Below are positions 9,305 to 18,652 of a stretch of DNA of 64,000 nucleotides, in pieces. Within the stretch, counting starts at the first letter, position 1. Every line of letters begins with the position of its first letter. Source of the stretch: Amoebidium appalachense. Taxonomy: Eukaryota > Protista > Ichthyosporea. The notes under the pieces are model-generated. The model was not told where the DNA came from and searched no databases. It worked only from the letters and a program-made list of their open reading frames with translations. The stretch lies in NCBI GenBank assembly GCA_963693365.1, contig CAVNZM010000010.1:3470159-3534158 (forward strand), read 5' to 3'. A program made the translations under genes and the position numbers.

Positions 9305-9961
9305 ATGGACTTTATTACTCGCATCCAACAGCACGAAGTGCCGTACCCGCAGGGCAGCGCGGCGTGGCTGCGCGCGCGCGCATGCATGCTCACGGCCTCG
9401 GACGTGGGCGCCGCGCTGGGTGTGAATCCCTATGAGTCCCGCCGCGAGTTGATCGAGCACAAGTCCGGGCTGAAGCGGCGGGTCGTCGACCCCGTGTTCG
9501 TGGCATTCGGACACAAGCACGAGGCCAACGCGGCGGACGCGTACATGCGCGCGACGGGGCGCTCGTGCATCGAGCTGGGGCTGATCCGGCACGCGGAGCA
9601 CCGGTGGCTGGGGGCGAGCCCGGACCGGGTGACGCTGTGCGGGCGCGCGGTGGAGATCAAGGTGCCGTACAAGCGCAAGTTCATGGGCGGACAGCCGATC
9701 CCCGAGCACTATGTGGCGCAGGTGCAGACACAGCTGTTTGTGCTGGGGCTGGAGGTCGCGGACTTTGTGCAGTTCGACCCGCGCGACGGGTCGCTGCGCA
9801 TCGACGAGATCCCGCGGGACAAGGAGTGGTGGGCCAAGCACGGCAAGACATTAATGAGTTTTCAGGCCAAAGTGTTAGACATACGCGCAGACCACGAGCT
9901 GCAGGGATGGGAGACAGAGGACCAAGACACGGCGATTTGTCACATTCCCGACTTTATATAA
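9305..9961 (+). CDS. YqaJ-like viral recombinase / lambda-exonuclease-family nuclease
   Basis: QGSAAWLRAR..LTASD.GAALG.NPY, GHKHE, LGASPD, VEIKVP, IPEHYVAQVQTQL..L....ADFVQF cover the motifs of this PD-(D/E)xK family. TATAAAA at ~9270. Confidence 0.93.
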   Translation: MDFITRIQQHEVPYPQGSAAWLRARACMLTASDVGAALGVNPYESRRELIEHKSGLKRRVVDPVFVAFGHKHEANAADAYMRATGRSCIELGLIRHAEHRWLGASPDRVTLCGRAVEIKVPYKRKFMGGQPIPEHYVAQVQTQLFVLGLEVADFVQFDPRDGSLRIDEIPRDKEWWAKHGKTLMSFQAKVLDIRADHELQGWETEDQDTAICHIPDFI

Positions 9962-10220
9962 CTTGCACGGCGATGTGTGTAGATGGACACAGTCCACCGA
10001 CTACACCCCAGCCCCGGCCATCAGTCGCAGTAGCGGCATCGGCAGTATATATACGACAAAGGGGTGTACGGTAAGATAGAGCATCAACAGGTACCGCTTT
10101 ATCAATTTGAAATTTTGTTTTTTTGTGCAAGTGTGCTGGTCCGGGTGGCCAGGTGCCTGTATGGTGGGTGAAAACGGATCCAGTGACACCATGACTGCTT
10201 TATGGTTAATATATTATACA

Positions 10221-10457
10221 ATGAAGCCCAAGTATGTCAAGGGACGGTACTGTAGAAGAGACAAACGGATCTACCGCCGAAAGCTCCGAAACGCACGAAA
10301 AAAGTACAAAGTCCAAAAGAAACATCTAAAACGCATATGGGAACCATCCTATCGTGTACTTGACTATGTGACCGGCATACCGACCATGACAACCAAAAAC
10401 GGGTGGGACATCACAAGCTACGAGTACCCCCTACACTACAACATTTCCCGTGTGTAA
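10221..10457 (+). CDS. Small basic hypothetical protein (K/R-rich)
   Basis: MKPKYVKGRYCRRDKRIYRRKLRNARKKYK... follows an AT-rich TATA-like stretch (10205-10217). It converges tail-to-tail on the 809-aa ORF. The start could be 10191. Confidence 0.45.
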   Translation: MKPKYVKGRYCRRDKRIYRRKLRNARKKYKVQKKHLKRIWEPSYRVLDYVTGIPTMTTKNGWDITSYEYPLHYNISRV

Positions 10458-10459
10458 GT

Positions 10460-12889
10460 CTACAAGGCCGCGGCCGCGTTGGAGGGGGGCTCGTCGTTGC
10501 CGGGGCCGTCGGCGCGATGGCGTCTGCGAGGTGTTTCTTCGTCCCGCCCGTCGCCATCGTCCGCCTCCGACCTCCGCCTTTTCTGGGCGGATTGCGACTC
10601 GAACACTTCCATTAAACCCTTCAACCGGGCGCCGACCCCAGCCTCGATGCGAGATTCTATGTCTTTTTCCAAATCTTCTTTTTCCTTGGCCAGTTCGGTA
10701 ATCCTCGCCTCCTTCCTTTCCATTTTCGCTGCGTATTTCGAGTTCTTGCTAATTTCCTCCCGATAGGCCTGTGTGGTCTTTGAAAGCTCCCGTTTGAGGT
10801 TGGCCACCTTCCCTATCTCGTCAGTGAGCTCCGTATTGAGTTCTTTAAGTTCCCCCTCGAGGCGTTTACGCTCCGCTTCCTTGGTCTCCTTCAATTTCGT
10901 GTTTTCGGCTTCGAGTTTGCGAACTTTCTCTTCGAGGCCGTTGATCGTTGTCGAGTCCGCGTTGTTACGACGTGTGAGCTCCTCGATCTTCGCGTCCTTC
11001 TCCGCGCTAAGCTTGTCCAATCTTTCCCTCATCTCTCTTTCTCCCACGGCTGCGATCTTCAAGCTTTGCTTCAGCGTCGCCCTTTCCTGCTCGAGCTTAA
11101 CGATCTGCGCGCGGTGCCGCTCCGAAACCATGCCGACGAGGCGCGTGATGGTGGAAACAACCTGCAAAGTGGCCTCGGAGTCGCCGTGGAGTAGACCGGA
11201 TAGTTCGCTCAAGGGGTCGGCTGGGGGTGGGGGTCCGGGGAGTGCGAGGCGCGCGCGCCGTCTAATGTCTTGCTCCTGCTCCTCCTCCTCGGCCTCTCGT
11301 TCTCGTTCGATCTCTCGCGCCGCTCCCTTGTTCTCCTCACGCTCATCTCGCTCCGCTCCCTCGTTCTGTGGATCTCGTTCCAAATCTCGCTCCTCTCGCA
11401 CTTGCTCCTCTCTCTCCTTCTCCGCTCGCTCCTTCTCTCGTTCCATCTCTCGCTCCTTCTCTCGTTCCTCCGCTCGCTCCTTCTCTCGTTCCTTCGCTCG
11501 TTCTTTCTCTCGTTCCTTCTCTCGTTCCTCCGCTCGCTCCTTCTCTCGTTCCTTCTCTCGTTCCTTCTCTCGTTCCTTCTCTCGTTCCATCTCTCGCTCC
11601 TTCTCTCGTTCCTTCTCTCGCTCCTTCTCTCGCTCCTTCTCTCGTTCCATCTCTCGCTCCTTCTCTCGCACTCGCTCCTCCGCTTGCTCCTTCTCTCGCT
11701 CCTTCTCTCGTTCCATCTCTCGCTCCTTCTCTCGCTCCTTCTCTCGCACTCGCTCCTCCGCTCGCTCCTTCTCTCGCTCCTTCTTCTCTCGCTCCTTCTT
11801 CTCTCGCTCCATCTCTCGCTCCTTCTCTCGTTCCATCTCTCGCTCCTTCTCTCGCTCCTTCTCTCTCTTGTTGTCCTCTCGATCCTTTCGCTTCTTTCGC
11901 TCCATTTCTCGATCCAACCTTGCGCTCTCTCGGTTATTTCGCGCCTCCCCTCGCCGCTGACTCTGCAGCTGTTTCTGTTGCTGGGCCCCAGCAGGCGAAT
12001 GGAACAGTCCGGTCGTGGAAAATGGTTGGTGTTGCCCCGTGTGTGCCCCAGGAGAGAAGAGTCGTGGCTGTGCAAATGGTATAGGCTGTGGAGAGGCCTG
12101 CAGAGGCCGTGTCATTGGTTGTGGCTGAAACCCGAATTGCCGAGGGTCGAAAGTGTTGGGTAGAATTGGTCTGTTTTTGGTGCCGCCGGTCGTGGTTTGG
12201 GGTCCCGTGGTGGGAGCTGCCGGGGATGCAGAGGACGGTGCTGTCAGGGGTGGAAGATCGAACGGGGATGCAGAGGACGGTGCTGTCGCGGGTGGAAGAT
12301 TGATATCGGGAAACCAATCTACAGGAAAATCAATCACTTCCTCTTGTGGGAGCAACCACTCGAAACTTTCAATCGCCAACCAATCTATGTCCTGGGGCGG
12401 AATTGTCATCGAAGGGCGGAAAGTCTTTCCGGGTGTAAAACGTTGCAAAAATGTTGCCAATGAACACGGATAAACCCACGTGTTCACACCGGTCAAACGT
12501 GTAGCCGTTAAAGGTTCAACATAGAGGACTTTCAACTCATCGGCTACATGCCTTAGTATCCCGGCTGTTTTTCTCAGGCGGAGGAAATCAGAAAGCGAAG
12601 GTGTCGTGATGTGTTCATCTGGCTGTGTGCGCAATGAAGAATGTGAAGCAACGTGAATGAAATGGTGGAACGGCGTATTTGGTCCTGTTTTTGTAGAAGG
12701 TACACAAACGTGGTTGTGGTCTTCTGTGCACTCGCCCAACGCGCACGATTTATCTATAGTCACATCCAAAAACACATCATCACCCCTCGTCACTAACGCT
12801 GCCTCAAAATATCGATCTTCACCAACTCTGACTCCAATAGTGCCTGGGGCGTACAGGCGCAATAAGCATGCAAACTGTGCTCGGTCCAT
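10460..12889 (-). CDS. Hypothetical 809-aa protein: globular N-terminus, P/Q-rich linker, (REKE)n charged repeat, C-terminal coiled coil
   Basis: Long uninterrupted ORF. The 12-bp-based repeat expansion at ~11400-11870 stays in frame, and heptad-like coiled coil follows. Confidence 0.75.
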   Translation of the reverse strand: MDRAQFACLLRLYAPGTIGVRVGEDRYFEAALVTRGDDVFLDVTIDKSCALGECTEDHNHVCVPSTKTGPNTPFHHFIHVASHSSLRTQPDEHITTPSLSDFLRLRKTAGILRHVADELKVLYVEPLTATRLTGVNTWVYPCSLATFLQRFTPGKTFRPSMTIPPQDIDWLAIESFEWLLPQEEVIDFPVDWFPDINLPPATAPSSASPFDLPPLTAPSSASPAAPTTGPQTTTGGTKNRPILPNTFDPRQFGFQPQPMTRPLQASPQPIPFAQPRLFSPGAHTGQHQPFSTTGLFHSPAGAQQQKQLQSQRRGEARNNRESARLDREMERKKRKDREDNKREKEREKEREMEREKEREMEREKKEREKKEREKERAEERVREKEREKEREMEREKEREKEQAEERVREKEREMEREKEREKEREKEREKEREMEREKEREKEREKEREKERAEEREKEREKERAKEREKERAEEREKEREMEREKERAEKEREEQVREERDLERDPQNEGAERDEREENKGAAREIEREREAEEEEQEQDIRRRARLALPGPPPPADPLSELSGLLHGDSEATLQVVSTITRLVGMVSERHRAQIVKLEQERATLKQSLKIAAVGEREMRERLDKLSAEKDAKIEELTRRNNADSTTINGLEEKVRKLEAENTKLKETKEAERKRLEGELKELNTELTDEIGKVANLKRELSKTTQAYREEISKNSKYAAKMERKEARITELAKEKEDLEKDIESRIEAGVGARLKGLMEVFESQSAQKRRRSEADDGDGRDEETPRRRHRADGPGNDEPPSNAAAAL

Positions 12890-12949
12890 ATCTCGCGGAG
12901 TCTACGAATTCTTACGCATTTTCGGCCTAGCGATTTAGTACATTGTGGC

Positions 12950-13290
12950 AGCTTATTTGGCCAGGGCTGGGTTTTGTACGTTTTTTTCTTTATCAAAGAG
13001 TCGCGCAGCCAATCGTTCACTTCCGATGAACCAACAACCAATCGTTATTTCGATAGGAAATCGGTGATTGGATGATATTCAGCCAACAAATGGGCTGTTG
13101 CCATGTGTCATTAATGATTGGTTTGTCGAAATGTCTCGCATTTTTCTTGACTTGTTGGATCGCTGATCTTCAACCAGTCATATATCTACAAATTGCTTTT
13201 CTGTTATTTTGATTGGCTAGACGTCATGCAAGTGTTTTGGGCTAAAAGATTCCCGTGCTGTGATTGGTTGCTCAATCCGATGCATCGGTA
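12950..13290. promoter_or_regulatory. CCAAT/ATTGG-rich intergenic promoter region
   Basis: Repeated CCAAT or GATTGG motifs (approx. 13009, 13038, 13066, 13116, 13211, 13262) upstream of the 809-aa ORF. A similar cluster lies at 1370-1530. Confidence 0.5.
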
Positions 13291-13328
13291 TGTTGTTTTG
13301 CTTTATTGAGTCTCTCGGGTCGGACGTT

Positions 13329-13754
13329 CTACTCCGAGTCGCCGTCGTCGAGGATGGAATCTGTTTCTATATAGTTGTCCTTGTCGACGTGTTTGAGTGA
13401 TTGCTTTGTGGCGAGGTCTTTGTCCGGTATGGCAGTCAGGAAGGATACCAGGTCGTTGGCCTTTTTCGTGTCCTTGAAGTACGTTTCGAGCTGACGGCGG
13501 AGATACTGTTCGCTTAGTTGTGGCTTTTTGATTGATTCTTGAAGAATCAGAAGGTCTTTCGTGGGAAGCTCGAGTGACCTGACATTTCCAGACGACATGT
13601 ACTTCAGAATGGCCTTCTTTATAGTATTCATTTTCTTGGTAACAGGTTTTGTCTGTGCCGCGTGCTCCTTGATCTGTGCGTGGAGGGTTGCATAGTCACG
13701 CAAAACGCCCTTCAAGCTCTCTACATTGGAGATCTCGGTGTTTGGTTTTCCCAT
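13329..13754 (-). CDS. DUF5760-like protein (giant-virus family)
   Basis: Size and pattern (LK..LRDY..LH.QIKE...K...K.IL.YM....V..LELP...L.L.ES.KK..LSEQYL...L..YF.D..KA..LV.FL.....K.SLK) match the DUF5760 family as I recall it from Nucleocytoviricota genomes. Confidence 0.7.
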   Translation of the reverse strand: MGKPNTEISNVESLKGVLRDYATLHAQIKEHAAQTKPVTKKMNTIKKAILKYMSSGNVRSLELPTKDLLILQESIKKPQLSEQYLRRQLETYFKDTKKANDLVSFLTAIPDKDLATKQSLKHVDKDNYIETDSILDDGDSE

Positions 13755-13877
13755 TTGCTATTACACACACATAATATTTTGTGGTGTTTTCGGCGATGTC
13801 GTGGTGCCTACGTCATCGAGTCTTGGTTCTGCTTGCGTCATCGAGTCTTGTTCTGCTTGCGTCATCGACGATTATAA

Positions 13878-15188
13878 ATGACGATGTCATCGACCGCGAG
13901 CCCGACGTTTCGATCATTGGTTGGATTTGTCCGTGTGAACCCCAAGATGCGTTTTGCGACGACCGGGGCGAGTTGTGTGCCGCTGTGCTTTTTCAACCAT
14001 CCTGTCGAAGGAGCCTCCGTGTTCCTAGCCCGACCCCGTGCCTACAATCCATTTGGGGGTGTCGAGAGGTGGAGCCTTGAGACGGGCCCCGTTGGCTTCG
14101 CGAGCGCTGGTCTGGCGCGGTTTTGCGAGTTGACCACAGCGTACGTCGTGCTGGTAGTCGATTATCCGACGTTTGTTGTGTGGGGCAAATGTACAATCTC
14201 GTTGGTTAATCGCCATCGCGCGGAACCTGGCGTTGGCCAATCAGCGTTGCTGCGCGCGTCACCGGGCAGTGCAAACGCGGATAGGCGGGTTGGGGCCGCG
14301 TCGGGTGACATACTCGCGCTGGACGTCTTGCTGCCGTTCGATGTAACCGGTGCGCGTCTCGTTGGATACAGCGGTCGCCACGGGGTCGTGGTATTTTTGA
14401 TCCACAGCAGCCCAGATCTGGGTGACTGGGCCTGTCCGCAGCTCCGGGGATATGGGACCGGTACTGCCGGGGCTGGGAAAGGACCCGGGTTGCCGCTTTG
14501 GTCGATGGACGGACATGTGGTCTCCGAGCATCCGTGTTCTGTGGGCGACTCACTTGTTGTGTTGTGTCGGGGAGAGCGAGGATCGACGTTTGTTGTGTCG
14601 GTTGATTGGGTCACGGGTGCGCGGAACTGGAGTGTCTGTCTGGGTGGGTGGATGGGCGCGATGGGGGTGTTGTCGGTGTCGAGTGTCGATATCCGTGTTC
14701 TGTACCACAATCATGCGCCAGGTGAGGACGGGACGCTCGCGGTGGTGGACGCGATCGGTCTGCGGGACGGCCGACTTCTTGGGGAATGCAGAGTGGATAT
14801 GCTGACGACTTGTAGACCTCATTGGTGCGGTGATGAAGTCGGGTGTGCATTCTGTTCAAAGGCACCCCTCGAGCCCACACATCGATGCTTTGCCAAGCGT
14901 GCGTTATGTACTTGTTGGGTGGATATGTACGAGAGGACGGTGTTGTGCCGCGGGGGCGACCGATTGTATGTTGGTCGCCTGGGTTTCAGTAGAGGGGATA
15001 GCGATGTGCTGATATACGAAGTCGGCGCTGACGATGTGGTGCGTCTTGTCAGCCAGCATCGCGTGTTTCTGGATGGTGTCGTGCACGCGCTGACCATGAG
15101 TGTCGCCAGTCGATTCGTTGTTTTGGGGGCACACGTGACCGCCGATGGAGGGAGTATCTTTCAGGTTTTTCGGTGGAAGATCGAGTGA
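13878..15188 (+). CDS. Hypothetical beta-rich protein, possibly a PQQ/WD-like beta-propeller
   Basis: Intronless 436-aa ORF. VVSVDWVTGARNWSV and VDAIGLRDGRLLGE resemble PQQ-repeat blades. Confidence 0.55.
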   Translation: MTMSSTASPTFRSLVGFVRVNPKMRFATTGASCVPLCFFNHPVEGASVFLARPRAYNPFGGVERWSLETGPVGFASAGLARFCELTTAYVVLVVDYPTFVVWGKCTISLVNRHRAEPGVGQSALLRASPGSANADRRVGAASGDILALDVLLPFDVTGARLVGYSGRHGVVVFLIHSSPDLGDWACPQLRGYGTGTAGAGKGPGLPLWSMDGHVVSEHPCSVGDSLVVLCRGERGSTFVVSVDWVTGARNWSVCLGGWMGAMGVLSVSSVDIRVLYHNHAPGEDGTLAVVDAIGLRDGRLLGECRVDMLTTCRPHWCGDEVGCAFCSKAPLEPTHRCFAKRALCTCWVDMYERTVLCRGGDRLYVGRLGFSRGDSDVLIYEVGADDVVRLVSQHRVFLDGVVHALTMSVASRFVVLGAHVTADGGSIFQVFRWKIE

Positions 15189-15492
15189 TGTGTGGGCTAC
15201 TATTGCCCGGTGTACTAACGATTTGAAGCTACACAGCTGGCTATTTTTGCTTTCGTGCTCGCTTATTAGTATTCAATTTACACACCATGTTCTGTCATTT
15301 GGTTTCGGTGTTGGCACTAAGATATGTAATTGCACACCGACATGTGTCGACGGTTCATAGTCTTTGCTTCTGTTTGCCAGCACTGCCAAAGTTTGTATCC
15401 ATCAAACATTATATATAAACTGTATCTGTATCTGTGTGTTGTTCCCCGTTCCGTGCATGCTCGATAATAGCAAGTAAAATAATGGGTTAGTC

Positions 15493-16473
15493 TCATATGA
15501 CCACTGATTCGATGTATCCTCGGGTGGGTGCGGCGTCCCTTGCAGGGCAGCTATGTGTGTGTTGCGTTTGTGTTGTGGATTGTGCGTACGGGTCGAGCTT
15601 GCGTTCGTGGCCGACAAAGAAATTTGTCGTGAGAGTCGCGATTGTTCGGCTTGACGCGAGTGTCACTTGGTATGCCTTGAGGGATGCACATGCAAATGCT
15701 TTGTCGTCGAAGAAAGACTCGCATCTCGCCAGTGTTTTTGAGATTGTTGTCGAGCCGGATTTGACGGCCGTGACCGTTCCACAGTCGTGCAGTGGAAACG
15801 CAACATATGTGCCTTCAAAAGCACCCTTGACGGTCCAACAAGGGCTCTGTTTGTCTCCAGAGAAGTGGATCAGTCCTGAAGATATTGCCCCGTGAACTAT
15901 CCCGTCGTATGTCATCCACGGAGACGATCCGTGTGTGAATACGCGGCCGCCGTGTACATCCAGAAATGCAATTCTATGGATGTTTGGGTCCCTCGATGTG
16001 GCCGTTTTCTGTTGGGGTTCGTTATTTTCCTGGTAGAGTCTTTTGTAATTGGCGAGTTCGTGGTGAAGCCTAATGTTATCCTTTTCCGTCTCTTGTAATG
16101 AATTTATAAGCCTGTTCTGATTATTTAAGAGCTTGATCGCATTGCTTATTTGCGACATGATATTTTCCAATCCCTTCTCGAGTGGATCGTCTTTGGTTTT
16201 TTCTGTTGTGCCTGGTTGTAAATGAGCAGCCATCGTCGTGAAATGGTTCAAAATTTTGAGTGTCTGTGTGGAGGTTCTGTTAAACATGTTTATTATATTT
16301 TTAATGTCGTCTATTTTGTTTGGGTCGTCGACATCAGTGCCACCCCCAACTGTTCCCGATCCAGCGGTGTCGCTTTCTTTTGGCATTTTCGATAACAATC
16401 TGACGATGTCATCGTGTGTGGCGCTCAGTGAATTCCGAATTCCGCTTAGAATTTCTTCGTTGTCGGTTGACAT
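15493..16473 (-). CDS. Hypothetical protein (326 aa; N-terminal coiled coil, C-terminal beta-rich domain)
   Basis: Intronless ORF with ATG at 16473 and non-repetitive, protein-like composition. It starts just left of the 134-bp array. Confidence 0.65.
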   Translation of the reverse strand: MSTDNEEILSGIRNSLSATHDDIVRLLSKMPKESDTAGSGTVGGGTDVDDPNKIDDIKNIINMFNRTSTQTLKILNHFTTMAAHLQPGTTEKTKDDPLEKGLENIMSQISNAIKLLNNQNRLINSLQETEKDNIRLHHELANYKRLYQENNEPQQKTATSRDPNIHRIAFLDVHGGRVFTHGSSPWMTYDGIVHGAISSGLIHFSGDKQSPCWTVKGAFEGTYVAFPLHDCGTVTAVKSGSTTISKTLARCESFFDDKAFACASLKAYQVTLASSRTIATLTTNFFVGHERKLDPYAQSTTQTQHTHSCPARDAAPTRGYIESVVI

Positions 16474-16547
16474 TTCTGCTTATCATTGCTGTGAAAATAT
16501 CGACACCGCCCGAGCGACAAATTATTGGTCTCGTAACAGACACGCCA

Positions 16548-18415
16548 ATCGGCTAGTCTGGTGGGACGGAAACACGGGTTCTGTGTGGCGACCAATCGGA
16601 ACGCGCGGTAGGGGCGTGGTCGTGGTGACGGGACTGTGGTCAAGAGTAGGAGCATCATCGAAGACCCTGTCGTGTCGGACGCGCAATCTGATTGGTGGGA
16701 CGGAAACACGGGTTCTGTGTGGCGACCAATCGGAACGCGCGGTAGGGGCGTGGTCGTGGTGACGGGACTGTGGTCAAGAGTAGGAGCATCATCGAAGACC
16801 CTGTCGTGTCGGACGCGCAATCTGATTGGTGGGACGGAAACACGGGTTCTGTGTGGCGACCAATCGGAACGCGCGGTAGGGGCGTGGTCGTGGTGACGGG
16901 ACTGTGGTCAAGAGTAGGAGCATCATCGAAGACCCTGTCGTGTCGGACGCGCAATCTGATTGGTGGGACGGAAACACGGGTTCTGTGTGGCGACCAATCG
17001 GAACGCGCGGTAGGGGCGTGGTCGTGGTGACGGGGCTGCGGTCAAGAGTAGAAGCATCATCGAAGACCCTGTCGTGTCGGACGCGTAATCTGATTGGTGG
17101 GACGGAAACACGGGTTCTGTGTGGCGACCAATCGGAACGCGCGGTAGGGGCGTGGTCGTGGTGACGGGGCTGCGGTCAAGAGTAGAAGCATCATCGAAGA
17201 CCCTGTCGTGTCGGACGCGTAATCTGATTGGTGGGACGGAAACACGGGTTCTGTGTGGCGACCAATCGGAACGCGCGGTAGGGGCGTGGTCGTGGTGACG
17301 GGGCTGCGGTCAAGAGTAGAAGCATCATCGAAGACCCTGTCGTGTCGGACGCGCAATCTGATTGGTGGGACGGAAACACGGGTTCTGTGTGGCGACCAAT
17401 CGGAACGCGCGGTAGGGGCGTGGTCGTGGTGACGGGGCTGCGGTCAAGAGTAGAAGCATCATCGAAGACCCTGTCGTGTCGGACGCGCAATCTGATTGGT
17501 GGGACGGAAACACGGGTTTCTGTGTGGCGACCAATCGGAACGCGCGGTAGGGGCGTGGTCGTGGTGACGGGACTGCGGTCAAGAGTAGGAGCATCATCGA
17601 AGACCCTGTCGTGTCGGACGCGCAATCTGATTGGTGGGACGGAAACACGGGTTCTGTGTGGCGACCAATCGGAACGCGCGGTTGGGGCGTGGTCGTGGTG
17701 ACGGGACTGCGGTCAAGAGTAGGAGCATCATCGAAGACCCTGTCGTGTCGGACGCGCAATCTGATTGGTGGGACGGAAACACGGGTTCTGTGTGGCGACA
17801 AATCGGAACGCGCGGTTGGGGCGTGGTCGTGGTGACGGGACTGCGGTCAAGAGTAGGAGCATCATCGAAGACCCTGTCGTGTCGGACGCGCAATCTGATT
17901 GGTGGGACGGAAACACGGGTTCTGTGTGGCGACAAATCGGAACGCGCGGTTGGGGCGTGGTCGTGGTGACGGGACTGCGGTCAAGAGTAGGAGCATCATC
18001 GAAGACCCTGTCGTGTCGGACGCGCAATCTGATTGGTGGGACGGAAACACGGGTTCTGTGTGGCGACAAATCGGAACGCGCGGTTGGGGCGTGGTCGTGG
18101 TGACGGGACTGCGGTCAAGAGTAGGAGCATCATCGAAGACCCTGTCGTGTCGGACGCGCAATCTGATTGGTGGGACGGAAACACGGGTTCTGTGTGGCGA
18201 CAAATCGGAACGCGCGGTTGGGGCGTGGTCGTGGTGACGGCCCGACTGCGGTCAAGAGTAGGAGCATCATCGAAGACCCTGTCGTGTCGGACGCGCAATC
18301 TGATTGGTGGGACGGAAACACGGGTTCTGTGTGGCGACAAATCGGAACGCGCGGTTGGGGCGTGGTCGTGTGGTCAAGAGTTCGAAGACCCTGTCGTGTC
18401 GGACGCGCAATCTGA
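16548..18415. repeat. Tandem array of ~14 copies of a 134-bp unit, each containing an imperfect palindrome with opposed CCAAT boxes
   Basis: Unit TGGTGGGACGGAAACACGGGTTCTGTGTGGCGACCAATCGGAACGCGCGG...CGCGCAATCTGAT recurs every 134 bp (ORF track offsets 16636/16770/16904). The last copy is truncated. There are no variable spacers. Confidence 0.95.
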
Positions 18416-18652
18416 TGTGTGATATTTCTGTTGTTGTTTTTTTTTTGTTAATTTATCCTCCTTCTGTGATTGGTGTACAACAATCTTAAACCGGGCGGTC
18501 CAATTAATGGATGTCTCTTGATACTTTGTTTTTGTCGCTACGTTGTGTGTCTCCTGGCTATAAGAAGTGTTGCGTGTGTGTCAGTATGCTCATCCTACAG
18601 TCGCAGCTTTCTCTTCACATCTACTCTAGCTCTCAACGAGGCTGTTTTCAAC

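Noticed and set aside
10773-12163. Plus-strand ORFs of 238-395 aa (SRSF/LLLS/PSLA repeats)
   Set aside because: Antisense shadows of the (REKE)n repeat in the 809-aa minus-strand gene.
16548-18415. CRISPR array, or protein-coding ORFs within the 134-bp array
   Set aside because: Units are contiguous near-identical repeats with no unique spacers and no cas genes. The unit length is not a multiple of 3, so the many ORFs are repeat artefacts.
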